Assembly (NCBI GenBank): GCA_041619515.1
Contig: JBFKDW010000015.1
Span: forward strand, 1 to 45,411
DNA: 45,411 nucleotides
Direction: 5' to 3'
From: Acidimicrobiia bacterium
GTDB lineage: Bacteria; Actinomycetota; Acidimicrobiia; Spongiisociales; SHLN01
Each line of letters starts with the position of its first letter. The stretch's first letter is position 1. Under the pieces are notes generated by a model. It did no database searches and was not told where the DNA came from. It saw nothing but the letters and a program-made list of their open reading frames with translations. Shown piece by piece: positions 10,988-20,710 of this stretch. A program made the position numbers and the translations under genes.

Positions 10988-11895
10988 TCCTCGCAGCCGG
11001 CCTCGTCTTCGTGACGCTTCTGGGGGGACTCCCCTCCGCCGACCTCGTCGATGACCTGGACTCGGCAAGGGACGCCGAGTTCTCCGGGCGGTTGCTCGTG
11101 GTCTGCTGGGCCCCCGACGGTGTCGTAGCTCGCGTGGCCGACATCGAGCAGGCCGACGGCTTCACGATGGTGACCGGCGCCGACCGGTCGTTCATGATTG
11201 GCGATGGCAAGATGATCGAGCAGTATGCCGGCGGCATCCACTACCTGGAGATGCTGCCATCGTCCGACTGGCGTCTCTGGGAGGGCTACACGGTGCGGGA
11301 CGTCCCGAGCATGACCGGCCTGTTGGAAGCACGGACGATCGAGATTCTCGAAGGGCAATCCGTGAGGGCGCGCTTCGTGCTCGATCCTGCCACCTCGGCG
11401 CCTCTCACCACCGAGGTGTACACCGGAGACGGCTCTCTGTTCCGATACTCGTCTCTCATCGAGCTTCGCCCGCGCACCGGCACCGGCATGCTCGACATGG
11501 ACGAGATGCCGGCGCCCGAGCAGCCGGCACCGGCGGCCGCCGAGACGCTCCCGCGAGAAGCCGGGCACTATTGGGCTGCCGATTCCTACGCCGGTCCCGG
11601 CGGTGTCCAGATGTTCTTCACCGACGGACTGTTCCGTTTCTCGGTGTTCGAGATCAGCCGCAAGAGCGACGGCGGCGGCCTAGCCGATGCACCGTCCGCC
11701 AAGATCGGCCGGCACGGTGGCTACCACCGGCTCCACACGCCGGGAGCGGTGAGTGTGTTCTGGCGCACCCCAGACCATGCCTACGTCCTTGTCGGCGACC
11801 TGCCGCCCGACCACCTCGAAGCGGTGCTGTCGGACCTGCCGACTCCCAGCCGGCCCAACCTCCTCAAGCGGGCATGGCGCTGGGCGTTCGGATAG
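10984..11895 (+). CDS. MucB/RseB-like extracytoplasmic sigma-E regulatory protein
   Basis: Signal-like N-terminus; RFVLDPATSAPLTTEVY, MFFTDGLFRFSVFE and YVLVGDLP resemble RseB/MucB segments. Coupled to the anti-sigma gene (ATGA). Confidence 0.65.
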   Translation: MILAAGLVFVTLLGGLPSADLVDDLDSARDAEFSGRLLVVCWAPDGVVARVADIEQADGFTMVTGADRSFMIGDGKMIEQYAGGIHYLEMLPSSDWRLWEGYTVRDVPSMTGLLEARTIEILEGQSVRARFVLDPATSAPLTTEVYTGDGSLFRYSSLIELRPRTGTGMLDMDEMPAPEQPAPAAAETLPREAGHYWAADSYAGPGGVQMFFTDGLFRFSVFEISRKSDGGGLADAPSAKIGRHGGYHRLHTPGAVSVFWRTPDHAYVLVGDLPPDHLEAVLSDLPTPSRPNLLKRAWRWAFG

Positions 11896-12159
11896 CCAAT
11901 CACATCGGGCGTTTGCCGCGCAGGGTGCACCTTTCCGAAATCAGCCGGCCTGCGGTGAACACGAAGAGCGCCGGCATCTCCGGGACGTCCCCTCGAGACG
12001 GGCGGGCTCGGTTTGAGGCTTTCGACCTATCGAGCTTCTGGCAGAGCGAGAGTATCGTCTTCTTCGAGATGAGTCCCAGAGGCCTACCGATGCTTGGCAC
12101 CCTCGGAGTTCGGCACTACGCTGAGTGAACGACCACTGAGAGTGGGCTAAGGTGAAGTC

Positions 12160-12873
12160 GTGGCTAACGGGGTAAGAGGGCGGAGAATCCAGATGACGCA
12201 AAGCGCGCAGACCATAACGCATCCATCGCAGCTTCCGTCTGCGGGCGCCAAAGAGACCACCCGCAAGCGTGGGATGTACGAGCGGGTCGTGAAGGGGTTT
12301 CTCGACAGGTTGATCGGTCTCGTGCTGGCATTGCTGACGCTTCCGATTCTGATTCCGGTGATGATCGCGGTGTTCATCGATCTCGGGCTCCCCATCTTCC
12401 TCCGGCAGGAGCGGGTCGGCCTCGACGGCAAGGTCTTCAAGGTCGTGAAATTCCGCTCGATGGAGCCCGATCGACGGGCCACCCAGGCACCCTCGTTCGT
12501 CGGCAGCGACCGGCGTGTCAACCACAAATCAGAGGACGACCCCCGCCTGACACCCGTCGGCCGTTTCATTCGCAAATGGAGCCTCGACGAGCTGCCCCAG
12601 CTGTGGAACGTGGTGATGGGGCAGATGAGCCTCGTCGGGCCCCGGCCGGAGATGGTCCAGATCGTTGAGCGCTACGAGCCGTGGCAGCACGCCCGCCATC
12701 AGGTGAAACCGGGTGTCACCGGGCTGTGGCAGGTGTCGGCTCGGGGCGAGGTTCCGATGCACGAGGCCACCCACATCGACCTCGAATACGTCGACACGAT
12801 TTCGCTTCGCACCGACCTGCGGATCCTGGCGCGCACCATCCCTGCCGCACTCGGGAGTCGCACCGGCCACTAG
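12160..12873 (+). CDS. Priming polyprenyl-phosphate sugar phosphotransferase (bacterial sugar transferase, short type)
   Basis: FLRQERVGLDGKVF, KFRSM, DDPRLTPVGRFIRKWSLDELPQL, MSLVGPRPE, KPGVTGLWQV. Start is GTG 12160 (after TAAGGT-N6) or ATG 12193 (after GGAG). Confidence 0.93.
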   Translation: MANGVRGRRIQMTQSAQTITHPSQLPSAGAKETTRKRGMYERVVKGFLDRLIGLVLALLTLPILIPVMIAVFIDLGLPIFLRQERVGLDGKVFKVVKFRSMEPDRRATQAPSFVGSDRRVNHKSEDDPRLTPVGRFIRKWSLDELPQLWNVVMGQMSLVGPRPEMVQIVERYEPWQHARHQVKPGVTGLWQVSARGEVPMHEATHIDLEYVDTISLRTDLRILARTIPAALGSRTGH

Positions 12874-12874
12874 A

Positions 12875-12897
12875 CCGAGAGGAAAGCCGGCTCTCGG
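12875..12897 (+). terminator. Short stem-loop after the priming transferase gene
   Basis: CCGAGAG, 9 nt loop, CTCTCGG, followed by AATTGGTTT. Confidence 0.35.
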
Positions 12898-12978
12898 AAT
12901 TGGTTTACACTGACATCAGAGGGGGATAGGTTCCCGGCGACCCGCACCCCCTTCGCACCACCAAAAAGGAAATGATCG

Positions 12979-14922
12979 ATGGACACCCTTCGCCCCAGAG
13001 AATTCGATGAGATCGCTGCCCTCGAGCAGCCGAGCATTGTCGCGTCGATGTGGCGCTACCGGTGGCTGGTGGCACTCATCGTTGCCGGCTTCATCGGGCT
13101 GGGTCTCGCATTCCAGGCGTACGTGCCGTCGGTCTTTCAGGCCACCGCCGAGATGGTGGTCGAGGACCCGCGCTCATCCCAGTTGTTCAATGTTGGTGAG
13201 ATCGTCACAGGCGGGCAGAGCCCGCAGCGCTACGTTGCCGACCAGGTAGAGATCCTCAAGTCGCCGCGGGTGGCATTCCAGGCCGAGTCGCTCATCGACC
13301 TCTGGGCCTCGACCGATCCCGAAACGCTCGGGGACGATTGGCCGACCTGGCTCGATCCGGCGGACGTACAGGACATGTCGATATCCCAGGGCGAGTTCCT
13401 CGGCTCGGTAAGCATCTCGTCCAGCCGCGACAGCAACCAGATCGAGGTCTCGTTCACCGCCGACACCGCCAAGCGGGCCCGCATCGGTGCCAACGCCATC
13501 GTGGAGTCCTATCAAGACGTCCGTTTCGAACAGCTGGAGGACACGGCGAACGCGGCCGTGCAGCAGATCCGGCGCCGTGAGCAGGAACTGGCCGTCATCC
13601 TCGATCAGATTCAATTCGACATCGACAACCTGGTCGCTCTCGACGAGGTGCGCAGCGGTCTCGATGTCGAGTTCGAGAAGGATCTTGCAGCCTTCCTCGA
13701 GCTCCAGCTTCGCCTCGACCGCCTCGATCCCACCAGCGACGCCGCTGATGTGACGCGGATTCAACTCGACGACCTCCTCCAGGACTTCGAGACGACGGCG
13801 GTGATCGACACCATCGAGGCAGGCGACTCCGAGCTGCAAGCGCTCATCGCGCAGCAGGAGGCCGGGATCAGCGAGTTGGCCGCCCTGTCGGGCCGGGCCA
13901 ACTCGATCCTCATCGATCTCGAGCTGACCGGCACGGGGGTCAACAACCTCTCGCTGGCGCCGACGCCGATCACGACGACGGGATCGGGCCCCGCCCGAAT
14001 TCTCGCCGCGGCCATTGTCCTCGGCCTCGCCGTCGCCGCCGCGCTCACCTACTTCCTGGCGTCCCGCCGCCGGGCGTTCGGGAGCAGGACGCTGCCCGAG
14101 CTGGTGCTGAATGCGCCATTGCTCGCCGAGGTCCCCGACTTCACGCTGGAGGGCATCAAGTCGTCGCTGCCGGTTACCCAGGCTCCCACCTCTGCCTCTG
14201 CCGAAGCGTTCCGGTTTGCCGCCGCCGCCGTCGACATCCGTGCCTCGGCAGCCGGAGCCAAGTCGCTCATGATGGTGTCGGCAACGCTCGCCAGCGGTAA
14301 GACGACCGCAGCCGCCAACACTGCTATCGCGGCGGCTCGCGAAGGCCTGCGTGTGCTCGTCATCGACGCCGACTTCGGCAACCAGGAGCTGACCAGCATG
14401 TTCCTCGGCGAGGAACAGCCCGCAGCCGGGATCACCGAGGTGGTCGCCGGCTTGGTGCCGCTCGATCAGGCGGTGCGCCAGATCGTCGTCACCGACGATC
14501 GATCATTGTTCCTGTTGTGGCGGGGACGTCAGCCGGTGGAAGCCGCCAACTTCTTCCGAACCGAAGACACCCAGCGCTTCTTCACCGAGGTGAAGGAGCA
14601 ATTCGACCTGGTCATCATCGACGGCCCTCCCCTCTTGCAGGTGGCCTACGCGAGCACGCTGGTCCGGTATGTGGACGCGGTGGTTGCGATCGTGGCGCAC
14701 AACAGCCGGGTCGGGGAGCTGGAGGAAGTCGCCGATCGCCTCCACTTCATCGAAACGCCTGCCATCGGCTACATATACACCAAGGCACCGCTGCGAGCGG
14801 AGATGACCGCTTCGGAGGGCTCGATGAAGGACATCCTCGGTCTCGGAGGGGAGTCCGCCGGGCGAACGCCGGCGGGGTCGGGCCGGATCACCCGCCGGGC
14901 CCGCCGCAACAACTCCGAATAG
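12979..14922 (+). CDS. Wzc-like polysaccharide co-polymerase / BY-kinase-fold ATPase (copy 1)
   Basis: Wzz-like N-terminal TM (WRYRWLVALIV), extracellular coiled coil, second TM, Walker A ATLASGKTT, VLVIDADFG, Walker B DLVIIDGPP. No C-terminal Tyr cluster. Confidence 0.85.
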   Translation: MDTLRPREFDEIAALEQPSIVASMWRYRWLVALIVAGFIGLGLAFQAYVPSVFQATAEMVVEDPRSSQLFNVGEIVTGGQSPQRYVADQVEILKSPRVAFQAESLIDLWASTDPETLGDDWPTWLDPADVQDMSISQGEFLGSVSISSSRDSNQIEVSFTADTAKRARIGANAIVESYQDVRFEQLEDTANAAVQQIRRREQELAVILDQIQFDIDNLVALDEVRSGLDVEFEKDLAAFLELQLRLDRLDPTSDAADVTRIQLDDLLQDFETTAVIDTIEAGDSELQALIAQQEAGISELAALSGRANSILIDLELTGTGVNNLSLAPTPITTTGSGPARILAAAIVLGLAVAAALTYFLASRRRAFGSRTLPELVLNAPLLAEVPDFTLEGIKSSLPVTQAPTSASAEAFRFAAAAVDIRASAAGAKSLMMVSATLASGKTTAAANTAIAAAREGLRVLVIDADFGNQELTSMFLGEEQPAAGITEVVAGLVPLDQAVRQIVVTDDRSLFLLWRGRQPVEAANFFRTEDTQRFFTEVKEQFDLVIIDGPPLLQVAYASTLVRYVDAVVAIVAHNSRVGELEEVADRLHFIETPAIGYIYTKAPLRAEMTASEGSMKDILGLGGESAGRTPAGSGRITRRARRNNSE

Positions 14923-14953
14923 CCCCGGGCCCGAGCCGCTAGGCGCTGGCCGA

Positions 14954-16192
14954 CTATTCGATGGCCCCCCGAATGGCGCGCTCGAGCTGGGCATGAGCGG
15001 ATTCCGTGCTGAGGTTCGGCGTGTTGGCCAGCCCGCTGGCATTGTGAAAATGCGACATGGCACGACCGAACTCACGGGCGATGGCCTTCCGGGACCCGGG
15101 CGACACCAGCCGGACCCGGTCGGGATCGACGGCCGCCTCGGCCACCGTCTTGGCCCCCCCGTTGGCGAAGACGATGACGGGTGCCCCCCGCTGCATCGCC
15201 TCGGCGAGCGCAGTGCCACCCTCTTCCCGCACCCCGGCGAAGACCACCGCTCCGGCCCGGTCGAGCAGATCCATCGCCTCCGCATACGGCAGCCAGCCCC
15301 GTAGCTCGACCCGATCTGCCAGGTCGAGCTCCTCGATGAGTCCCTCGACTGCGGCCCGCTCCGGGCCGTCGCCGACGATCACCATTCGGACCTCAGGCCC
15401 CGCCTCGGCGAGCCCTCGCAGCGCGAACCGAACCCCCTTGCGCGGCTCGAAGGACGACAGGAAGAGCATGAATCGCTCGCGGGGCACGGCCCGGCGCTCG
15501 ACCTCGGTGAACATGACGTGGTTGAGCAGCACGTCCGAAGGACGGGCCCGCCCCAGCCGCTTGCGCGTCTCCTCGTTCTGGAGGATCCTCACCCGGGCTG
15601 TGCGCCACGTGTGCCGGGTGGAGCGCGCCAGAGAGAAGAGCCGAACCGCCACCAGGTCGAATATCTCCGACACGAGGCCCGTCGTCCCCAGCGCCGGCCA
15701 CATGCTCAACGGGGTGGTGACCGCCCCGCCCACCGGCCCCCATACGAGAGGGATGTCCAGGTGACGGCCCGGCGACGGCAGCCAGTAGACCGAGTACGTG
15801 GCATGGTGCACTGCGTCGAACCGTTGCTCTGCGTGGAGGCGACGAGCCGCTCGCAATGCCTTGCGCTGCCATCCGAGATAGGTGACGAAGTAGCCGACGA
15901 GATGGCTGCGCGACTTCTCAGTCGGCTCGTGCGGCACGCGGCGGGCCCACCCGGGCTCGTCCACCAGCTCGAAGCGCAGCGGCGAGCCGGGATTGGCCTG
16001 CTCCCATTCGCGGATGGCCCCGATGTGCTCGGGCCCGACGAGCACAACCGGGTCGGCGAATCGGGCGACGGATTGAACCAGGCTCCAACCCACACCGGGC
16101 TCCGACCCGCGTCCCGGCTCACAGGCGTAGGCCACGATCAGCACACGGGGGCGCCCGGGGGCGGTCTCTGGTGGGTTCGGCGGTTCGGTCAT
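14954..16192 (-). CDS. Glycosyltransferase family 4
   Basis: AYACEPGRGSEPGVGW, WGPVGG, PRKG, GDGP, EEGGTALAEAM. ATG 16192 overlaps the upstream stop. Confidence 0.9.
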   Translation of the reverse strand: MTEPPNPPETAPGRPRVLIVAYACEPGRGSEPGVGWSLVQSVARFADPVVLVGPEHIGAIREWEQANPGSPLRFELVDEPGWARRVPHEPTEKSRSHLVGYFVTYLGWQRKALRAARRLHAEQRFDAVHHATYSVYWLPSPGRHLDIPLVWGPVGGAVTTPLSMWPALGTTGLVSEIFDLVAVRLFSLARSTRHTWRTARVRILQNEETRKRLGRARPSDVLLNHVMFTEVERRAVPRERFMLFLSSFEPRKGVRFALRGLAEAGPEVRMVIVGDGPERAAVEGLIEELDLADRVELRGWLPYAEAMDLLDRAGAVVFAGVREEGGTALAEAMQRGAPVIVFANGGAKTVAEAAVDPDRVRLVSPGSRKAIAREFGRAMSHFHNASGLANTPNLSTESAHAQLERAIRGAIE

Positions 16193-17643
16193 CCGCCTTC
16201 GGTCGCCCGCGCCCATGCCGGAGTTCGCCGCCCCCAACGCACCACCGTTCCTTCCACGGCGACGAAGGCGCCGAGCCCGAAGATGCACCACACCCACACT
16301 GCCGCTTGCGGGCCTTCGAGGCTCGGATCGAAGATGCCGTTGATGAGGGCCGCGACGGCGGCCACCATGCACCAGGCGAGGAACCCGGCTTTCTGATCCT
16401 GGCCGGCGAACAGCAGCCGTTTGCGGGCCTTCCACAGGTGCCGGAACCACGTCCCCCAGAGGAAGATCCACAGCGCGGCGCCGAGCAGGCCCATGCGGGC
16501 GACTACGGACAGGTGGGAATTGTGGGGGTTGCGCAGCTCGGGGCCCACGTCAGCCCCGGCGAAGAAGTCGTATTTGCTGGCGAGGTTGGGACCGAACCCG
16601 AATCCCGACAGGAACCGCTTGGCGCTGAGCGTGTCGGTCATGACGAGCTTCCACAGCTCGAGCCGCCACGCCACGGTGCCGTCGTCCTCGTTGGTCCCGT
16701 CTTCGTCGGCCTGGAAGTCGAGCGACAGCAGGTTGGAGAAGAGCTGGTCGACCGACACGGTGCGGCGCTCCAGATCGAATCTGAGGTTGAACGAGAACGC
16801 CAGCACGATGGCGGCCAGGAGGACGACGAGGATCCCCGCCATGAAGGGCCGGGCGCTGCGACCGGCAAAGTAGATGATGACGAGGGCAACGAACCCGGCC
16901 ACGAGCGACCCCCGGTTCTGGGTTCCCGCCATCGCCAGCAGCAGCAAGCCTCCAACCGTGTAGAGCACGTTGCGGACGCTGTCGCGCCGCTCCAGCTCCG
17001 GCGCCACCACCAGCAGCAGAAACGCCACCAGCAAGGCCGCCTGCACGCCCAGGTTGCCGGGCTTGTGGGCGGTGATCTGGACCTCCGAATCCGGTACCCT
17101 CAGGTCGGTGATGACGTTTGCCATCAGCAGCCGGACCACCCCCACCACGAGGAAAACCGGGATGATGCGCGTGTAGGCGCGCAGGAAGAAGTCATAGGCC
17201 GGCTCCCACGCTCGGGCAAGGGCGCCGATGACGACTGCGAACAGCCCGTAGTACCAGATGGCGGCATCCCGCGCCACGTCACGGATGTCGTAGTCGCCGG
17301 TGGCTGCGATGACGGTGAGAAGGGTCCCAAATCCCATGAACACGAGCAGCGCCTGCATGGGCGGGCTCAGCCGGACGAATCGGAGCGCCTCTTTCGACCT
17401 GAAGGCAACGTAGAGACCGCTTGCCAGCACGACCTCGCCGATGAAAATCGGAGTCCCCGGCACATGGAGCCAGGCGAAGGTGCGGTCGAACAGGAGATAC
17501 CCGGCGAGCAAGAAGGCGAGCGCTCTCGCCAGAAAGACGTACCGGGCAGCTTGGTGACGCCGCTCGCTCGCGAGGGCGGCCTGAATGACCTGGCCGCTGC
17601 GATAGCCGGGACCCTCGGAAGGCGGGCGGATTGCATTCGTCAT
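16189..17643 (-). CDS. O-antigen ligase / Wzy_C family polymerase-like membrane protein
   Basis: Multi-TM; GTQNRGS, WRLELW, GFGFG and PHNSHLSVVARMGLLG motifs. Confidence 0.85.
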   Translation of the reverse strand: MTNAIRPPSEGPGYRSGQVIQAALASERRHQAARYVFLARALAFLLAGYLLFDRTFAWLHVPGTPIFIGEVVLASGLYVAFRSKEALRFVRLSPPMQALLVFMGFGTLLTVIAATGDYDIRDVARDAAIWYYGLFAVVIGALARAWEPAYDFFLRAYTRIIPVFLVVGVVRLLMANVITDLRVPDSEVQITAHKPGNLGVQAALLVAFLLLVVAPELERRDSVRNVLYTVGGLLLLAMAGTQNRGSLVAGFVALVIIYFAGRSARPFMAGILVVLLAAIVLAFSFNLRFDLERRTVSVDQLFSNLLSLDFQADEDGTNEDDGTVAWRLELWKLVMTDTLSAKRFLSGFGFGPNLASKYDFFAGADVGPELRNPHNSHLSVVARMGLLGAALWIFLWGTWFRHLWKARKRLLFAGQDQKAGFLAWCMVAAVAALINGIFDPSLEGPQAAVWVWCIFGLGAFVAVEGTVVRWGRRTPAWARATEGG

Positions 17644-17688
17644 CGCGCCTCCCACCTCTCGTGTCGTGTCCCCGGCACCGGCCGGTCG

Positions 17689-18651
17689 CTAGCCCCGGTT
17701 TTCGTGCAGCTGCTTTTCGATCCAGCGGTAGGTTCCCACCAGGCCTTCCTCGAGGGTGGTGGTGGGCTCCCAGCCAAGGACCTCGCGCAGCTTAGTGTTG
17801 TCCGAATTGCGTCCCCGGACCCCCTGGGGGCCATCGACGTGCTTGAGCTTGATGTTGCGCTTGCCGGAGATCTCGATGATGATCTCGGCCAGCTCGTTGA
17901 TGGTGACCATCCGGTCGCGTCCCAGGTTGAGTGGCTCGGTGTAGTCGGACATCATGAGGCGATAGATGCCCTCCACCGTGTCGTCGACATGGCAGAAGGA
18001 GCGGGTCTGCTCACCGTCGCCCCAGATCTCGATCGTGCCGCCGTCCTCGACGTCGGCAACCTTGCGGCACAGCGCGGCAGGCGCCTTTTCCCTGCCACCC
18101 GTCCACGTGCCGTATGGGCCGTAGATGTTGTGGAACCGCACCACGCGGACGTCCATCCCGTAGTCGAGGTGGTAATAGTGGGCGGCGATCTCCGAAATGA
18201 GCTTCTCCCACCCGTACGCATCCTGCGGTGCAGCCGGATATGCATCTTCCTCTTTGAGGGGCGTGACATCGGCGTCTTCCTGCAGATACTCCGGGTAGAT
18301 GCAGGCCGAGGAGGTGTACAGGTAGCGGTTGACGCCATTCTCACGTGCCGCTTCCAGCGTGTGCAGGTTGATGAGCGCATTGTTGTGGAGGATGGTGGAG
18401 TGATTGGCGGAGATGAACCCCATCCCGCCCATGTCGGCCGCGAGGGCGTACACGTGGTCCACGTCCTTGGTGGCTTCCAGGCAAGCCTCCCAGCGCCGCA
18501 AGTCGAGCAGCTTGAACTCGTCGGCGTCGATGTCGGTGTACTCGGGCTCTTTGATATCGACGCCCCTCACCCAATAGCCCCGCTTGCGGAGGTCGGTTAC
18601 GAGGTGGTGGCCGATGAAACCGCCGGCACCGGTTACGAGTACGCGTTCCAT
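17689..18651 (-). CDS. GDP-mannose 3,5-epimerase-like NAD-dependent epimerase
   Basis: GAGGFIG, ALAADMGGMGFI, TSSACIYP, DAYGWEK, RFHNIYGP, GGREKAPAALCRKV, GPQGVRGRNSDN. Confidence 0.88.
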   Translation of the reverse strand: MERVLVTGAGGFIGHHLVTDLRKRGYWVRGVDIKEPEYTDIDADEFKLLDLRRWEACLEATKDVDHVYALAADMGGMGFISANHSTILHNNALINLHTLEAARENGVNRYLYTSSACIYPEYLQEDADVTPLKEEDAYPAAPQDAYGWEKLISEIAAHYYHLDYGMDVRVVRFHNIYGPYGTWTGGREKAPAALCRKVADVEDGGTIEIWGDGEQTRSFCHVDDTVEGIYRLMMSDYTEPLNLGRDRMVTINELAEIIIEISGKRNIKLKHVDGPQGVRGRNSDNTKLREVLGWEPTTTLEEGLVGTYRWIEKQLHENRG

Positions 18652-18702
18652 GATCGAAATATCCTTTTCCTAGGGATGGTAAGCGAGTAGCCCCGTAGCT
18701 AC

Positions 18703-19518
18703 TCAGTGTAGTTCACTTTCTGTGGTCGTATTGGGAGGCGCCGGGGCGGCCTCCAGCTCGCCTGGTTGGACGAGACGGGGAGGCCGTTTCAGCATCTTCA
18801 TGAGAAAGCGCGGGTTGTTTCCGAGGTACCGCTTCCAGAGCCGGCGGGGCTCCTTCACCAGTCGGTACAGCCACTCGAGACCCCGCTGCTGCATCCACCC
18901 GGGGGCCTGGGGGAGCAATCCGGCGTGGATGTCGAAGGCGGCCCCGACTCCGAGGATGGCCGGCGCCGACAGCTTGCCGATATTGGCATCCATCCACCGC
19001 TCCTGCTTGGGCGTGCTCAAGCCGACCCATACGAAGTCGGGGTCCGCCTGGTTGATGGCCTGGGCGATCTCGTCGGACTCGGCTTCGGTGAGGGGCCGAA
19101 ACGGAGGCGAAAAGGTGCCGACGACCTTGAGGCCTGGAAACTTCTCCTGCAGGCGGCGGGCGAGCAGCTCCGGCACACCTTCTTTGCCGCCGTAAAAGTA
19201 GTGGGTCCACCCGGCTGCGGCCGAGCGTGCGCACATCTCGAGCATGAGATCGGGACCATAGACCCGCGACATGTGCTCGGCCCCCGCCCGCCGGCCGGCC
19301 CACACCATGGGCATGCCGTCGGGGGTAGTGAGCCCGGATCGGTTGTGAATTGCACGCAGGGCCGGATCGGCCTGGGATTCCATCACGCCATGCACTCCGG
19401 TCACACACACGTAGTGCTGCTCTTTCTCGTCGACCCATCGGGCGAGTTCGGCAACGGCCATGTGCATGTTTATTGCACTGATGCCAACACCCAGTACGTC
19501 GACCCGCGGGATAGCCAT
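18703..19518 (-). CDS. WecB/TagA/CpsF family glycosyltransferase (GT26)
   Basis: TPDGMPMVWA, RVYGPDLM, SPPFR, VWVGLSTPKQE, GVGAAFD, GLEWLYRLVKEPRRLWKRY. Confidence 0.93.
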   Translation of the reverse strand: MAIPRVDVLGVGISAINMHMAVAELARWVDEKEQHYVCVTGVHGVMESQADPALRAIHNRSGLTTPDGMPMVWAGRRAGAEHMSRVYGPDLMLEMCARSAAAGWTHYFYGGKEGVPELLARRLQEKFPGLKVVGTFSPPFRPLTEAESDEIAQAINQADPDFVWVGLSTPKQERWMDANIGKLSAPAILGVGAAFDIHAGLLPQAPGWMQQRGLEWLYRLVKEPRRLWKRYLGNNPRFLMKMLKRPPRLVQPGELEAAPAPPNTTTESELH

Positions 19519-19540
19519 GGGGGGATTATCGACCGGGCGG

Positions 19541-20710
19541 TTACCGACCTGAAATGGTACGGACGACCCTTTTGTACATCGCCAAGAGGTTGGCGAGACC
19601 CTGGGCCTCTGAGTAGTGCGCCTCGTACTGGGCCCGGGCGACGGACCCGGCTTGGGCCACCGCCTCTTCGTCTTCCAGGCGGGCAAGCCCCTTGGCGAGG
19701 TCGTCGGGGTCATTGGGACGGGTCAGCCACTCGGGCCCCAGCGGCGCAACGACTTCCGGTATGGGGCCGACGTCCGATGCCAGGACCGGCAGGCCGGCTG
19801 CCAGTGCCTCGAGCAGCACCATGCTGAGGCCCTCGTACCAGATGGAGGGCAGCACGAGGGCGCGAGCCGCGAGCATCTTCTCGCGGACCAGCAGCTGATC
19901 CTGCTGGCCGAGCAACTGGACTCCGGGAACGCCCCGTCTGCGCAGGTCGGCTTCGAGGGGCCCGTCCCCGATGATTTCCAGCCGGTAGTCCAGGCCCGCC
20001 CGGTCCCAGGCCTCGACGAGCACGTCGGGTGCTTTCTCGCCGGTGAGGCGCCCGACGAACAGAACGAGGTCGGAATCCTCTACCGCCCGCGAGCGAGCGC
20101 CCGGATCGGGCACGAAGTTGGGTTTGACCGCAATCCGGTCCTCCGGGATGCCGCTCTCGATGAACCGCTCGCGGGCGAACTCGGTGAGGGCCAGGATGAG
20201 GTCGACATCTTTGCGCCAGGTTCCTCGCCTTCGGTTGAAGGCGATGGTGGCCGCCGACGCCACCGATTGCGAATAGCTGTCGAGGTAGCACTTGTAGCGG
20301 ACGCCGTACCAGGCGTTCTGGCTGGCAACACAGAGCTCGCACGGCTTTCCGTCCCGGAGGAGCATGGCGTTGGCGCATGCCAGCCGGTAGTTGTGCAGGG
20401 TGAGCATGGTGGGTGAGCCCGCCTCCCGGGCGCTGCGGAAAACCGAGGGCGACAGGTGATACCAGGTGTTGTGAACGTGGGTGACGTCGGGCTCGTGTAC
20501 CCGCACCAGGTCTCGTATCCGGCGGGCAGCTGCCAGGTTCCAGGGCCCGCGGATGATGTCGCCGCCGGCCGCAAGGGGACCGGATGGGTTTTGTTCGCGG
20601 TGCTCGATCACGGAGTGCCCGGCGCTGCGCAGCAGCTCGGCCTCGTTCAAGGCAACTGAATCCTCGCCTCCCGGTTGCCGGTACTGGGTGTGGATTTGGA
20701 GGATCTTCAC
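19541..20710 (-). CDS. Glycosyltransferase family 4
   Basis: YRQPGGED, HVHNT, TLHNYRLACAN, VKPNF, FVGRLTGEK, EGLSMVLLEA. TACACT-N8-GTG start. Confidence 0.92.
   Translation of the reverse strand: MKILQIHTQYRQPGGEDSVALNEAELLRSAGHSVIEHREQNPSGPLAAGGDIIRGPWNLAAARRIRDLVRVHEPDVTHVHNTWYHLSPSVFRSAREAGSPTMLTLHNYRLACANAMLLRDGKPCELCVASQNAWYGVRYKCYLDSYSQSVASAATIAFNRRRGTWRKDVDLILALTEFARERFIESGIPEDRIAVKPNFVPDPGARSRAVEDSDLVLFVGRLTGEKAPDVLVEAWDRAGLDYRLEIIGDGPLEADLRRRGVPGVQLLGQQDQLLVREKMLAARALVLPSIWYEGLSMVLLEALAAGLPVLASDVGPIPEVVAPLGPEWLTRPNDPDDLAKGLARLEDEEAVAQAGSVARAQYEAHYSEAQGLANLLAMYKRVVRTISGR

Noticed and set aside
11896..12159. Longest intergenic region, examined for a riboswitch (c-di-GMP, c-di-AMP) or ncRNA
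   Set aside because: No consensus or convincing structure was recognised by eye. An Infernal/Rfam scan would be needed.
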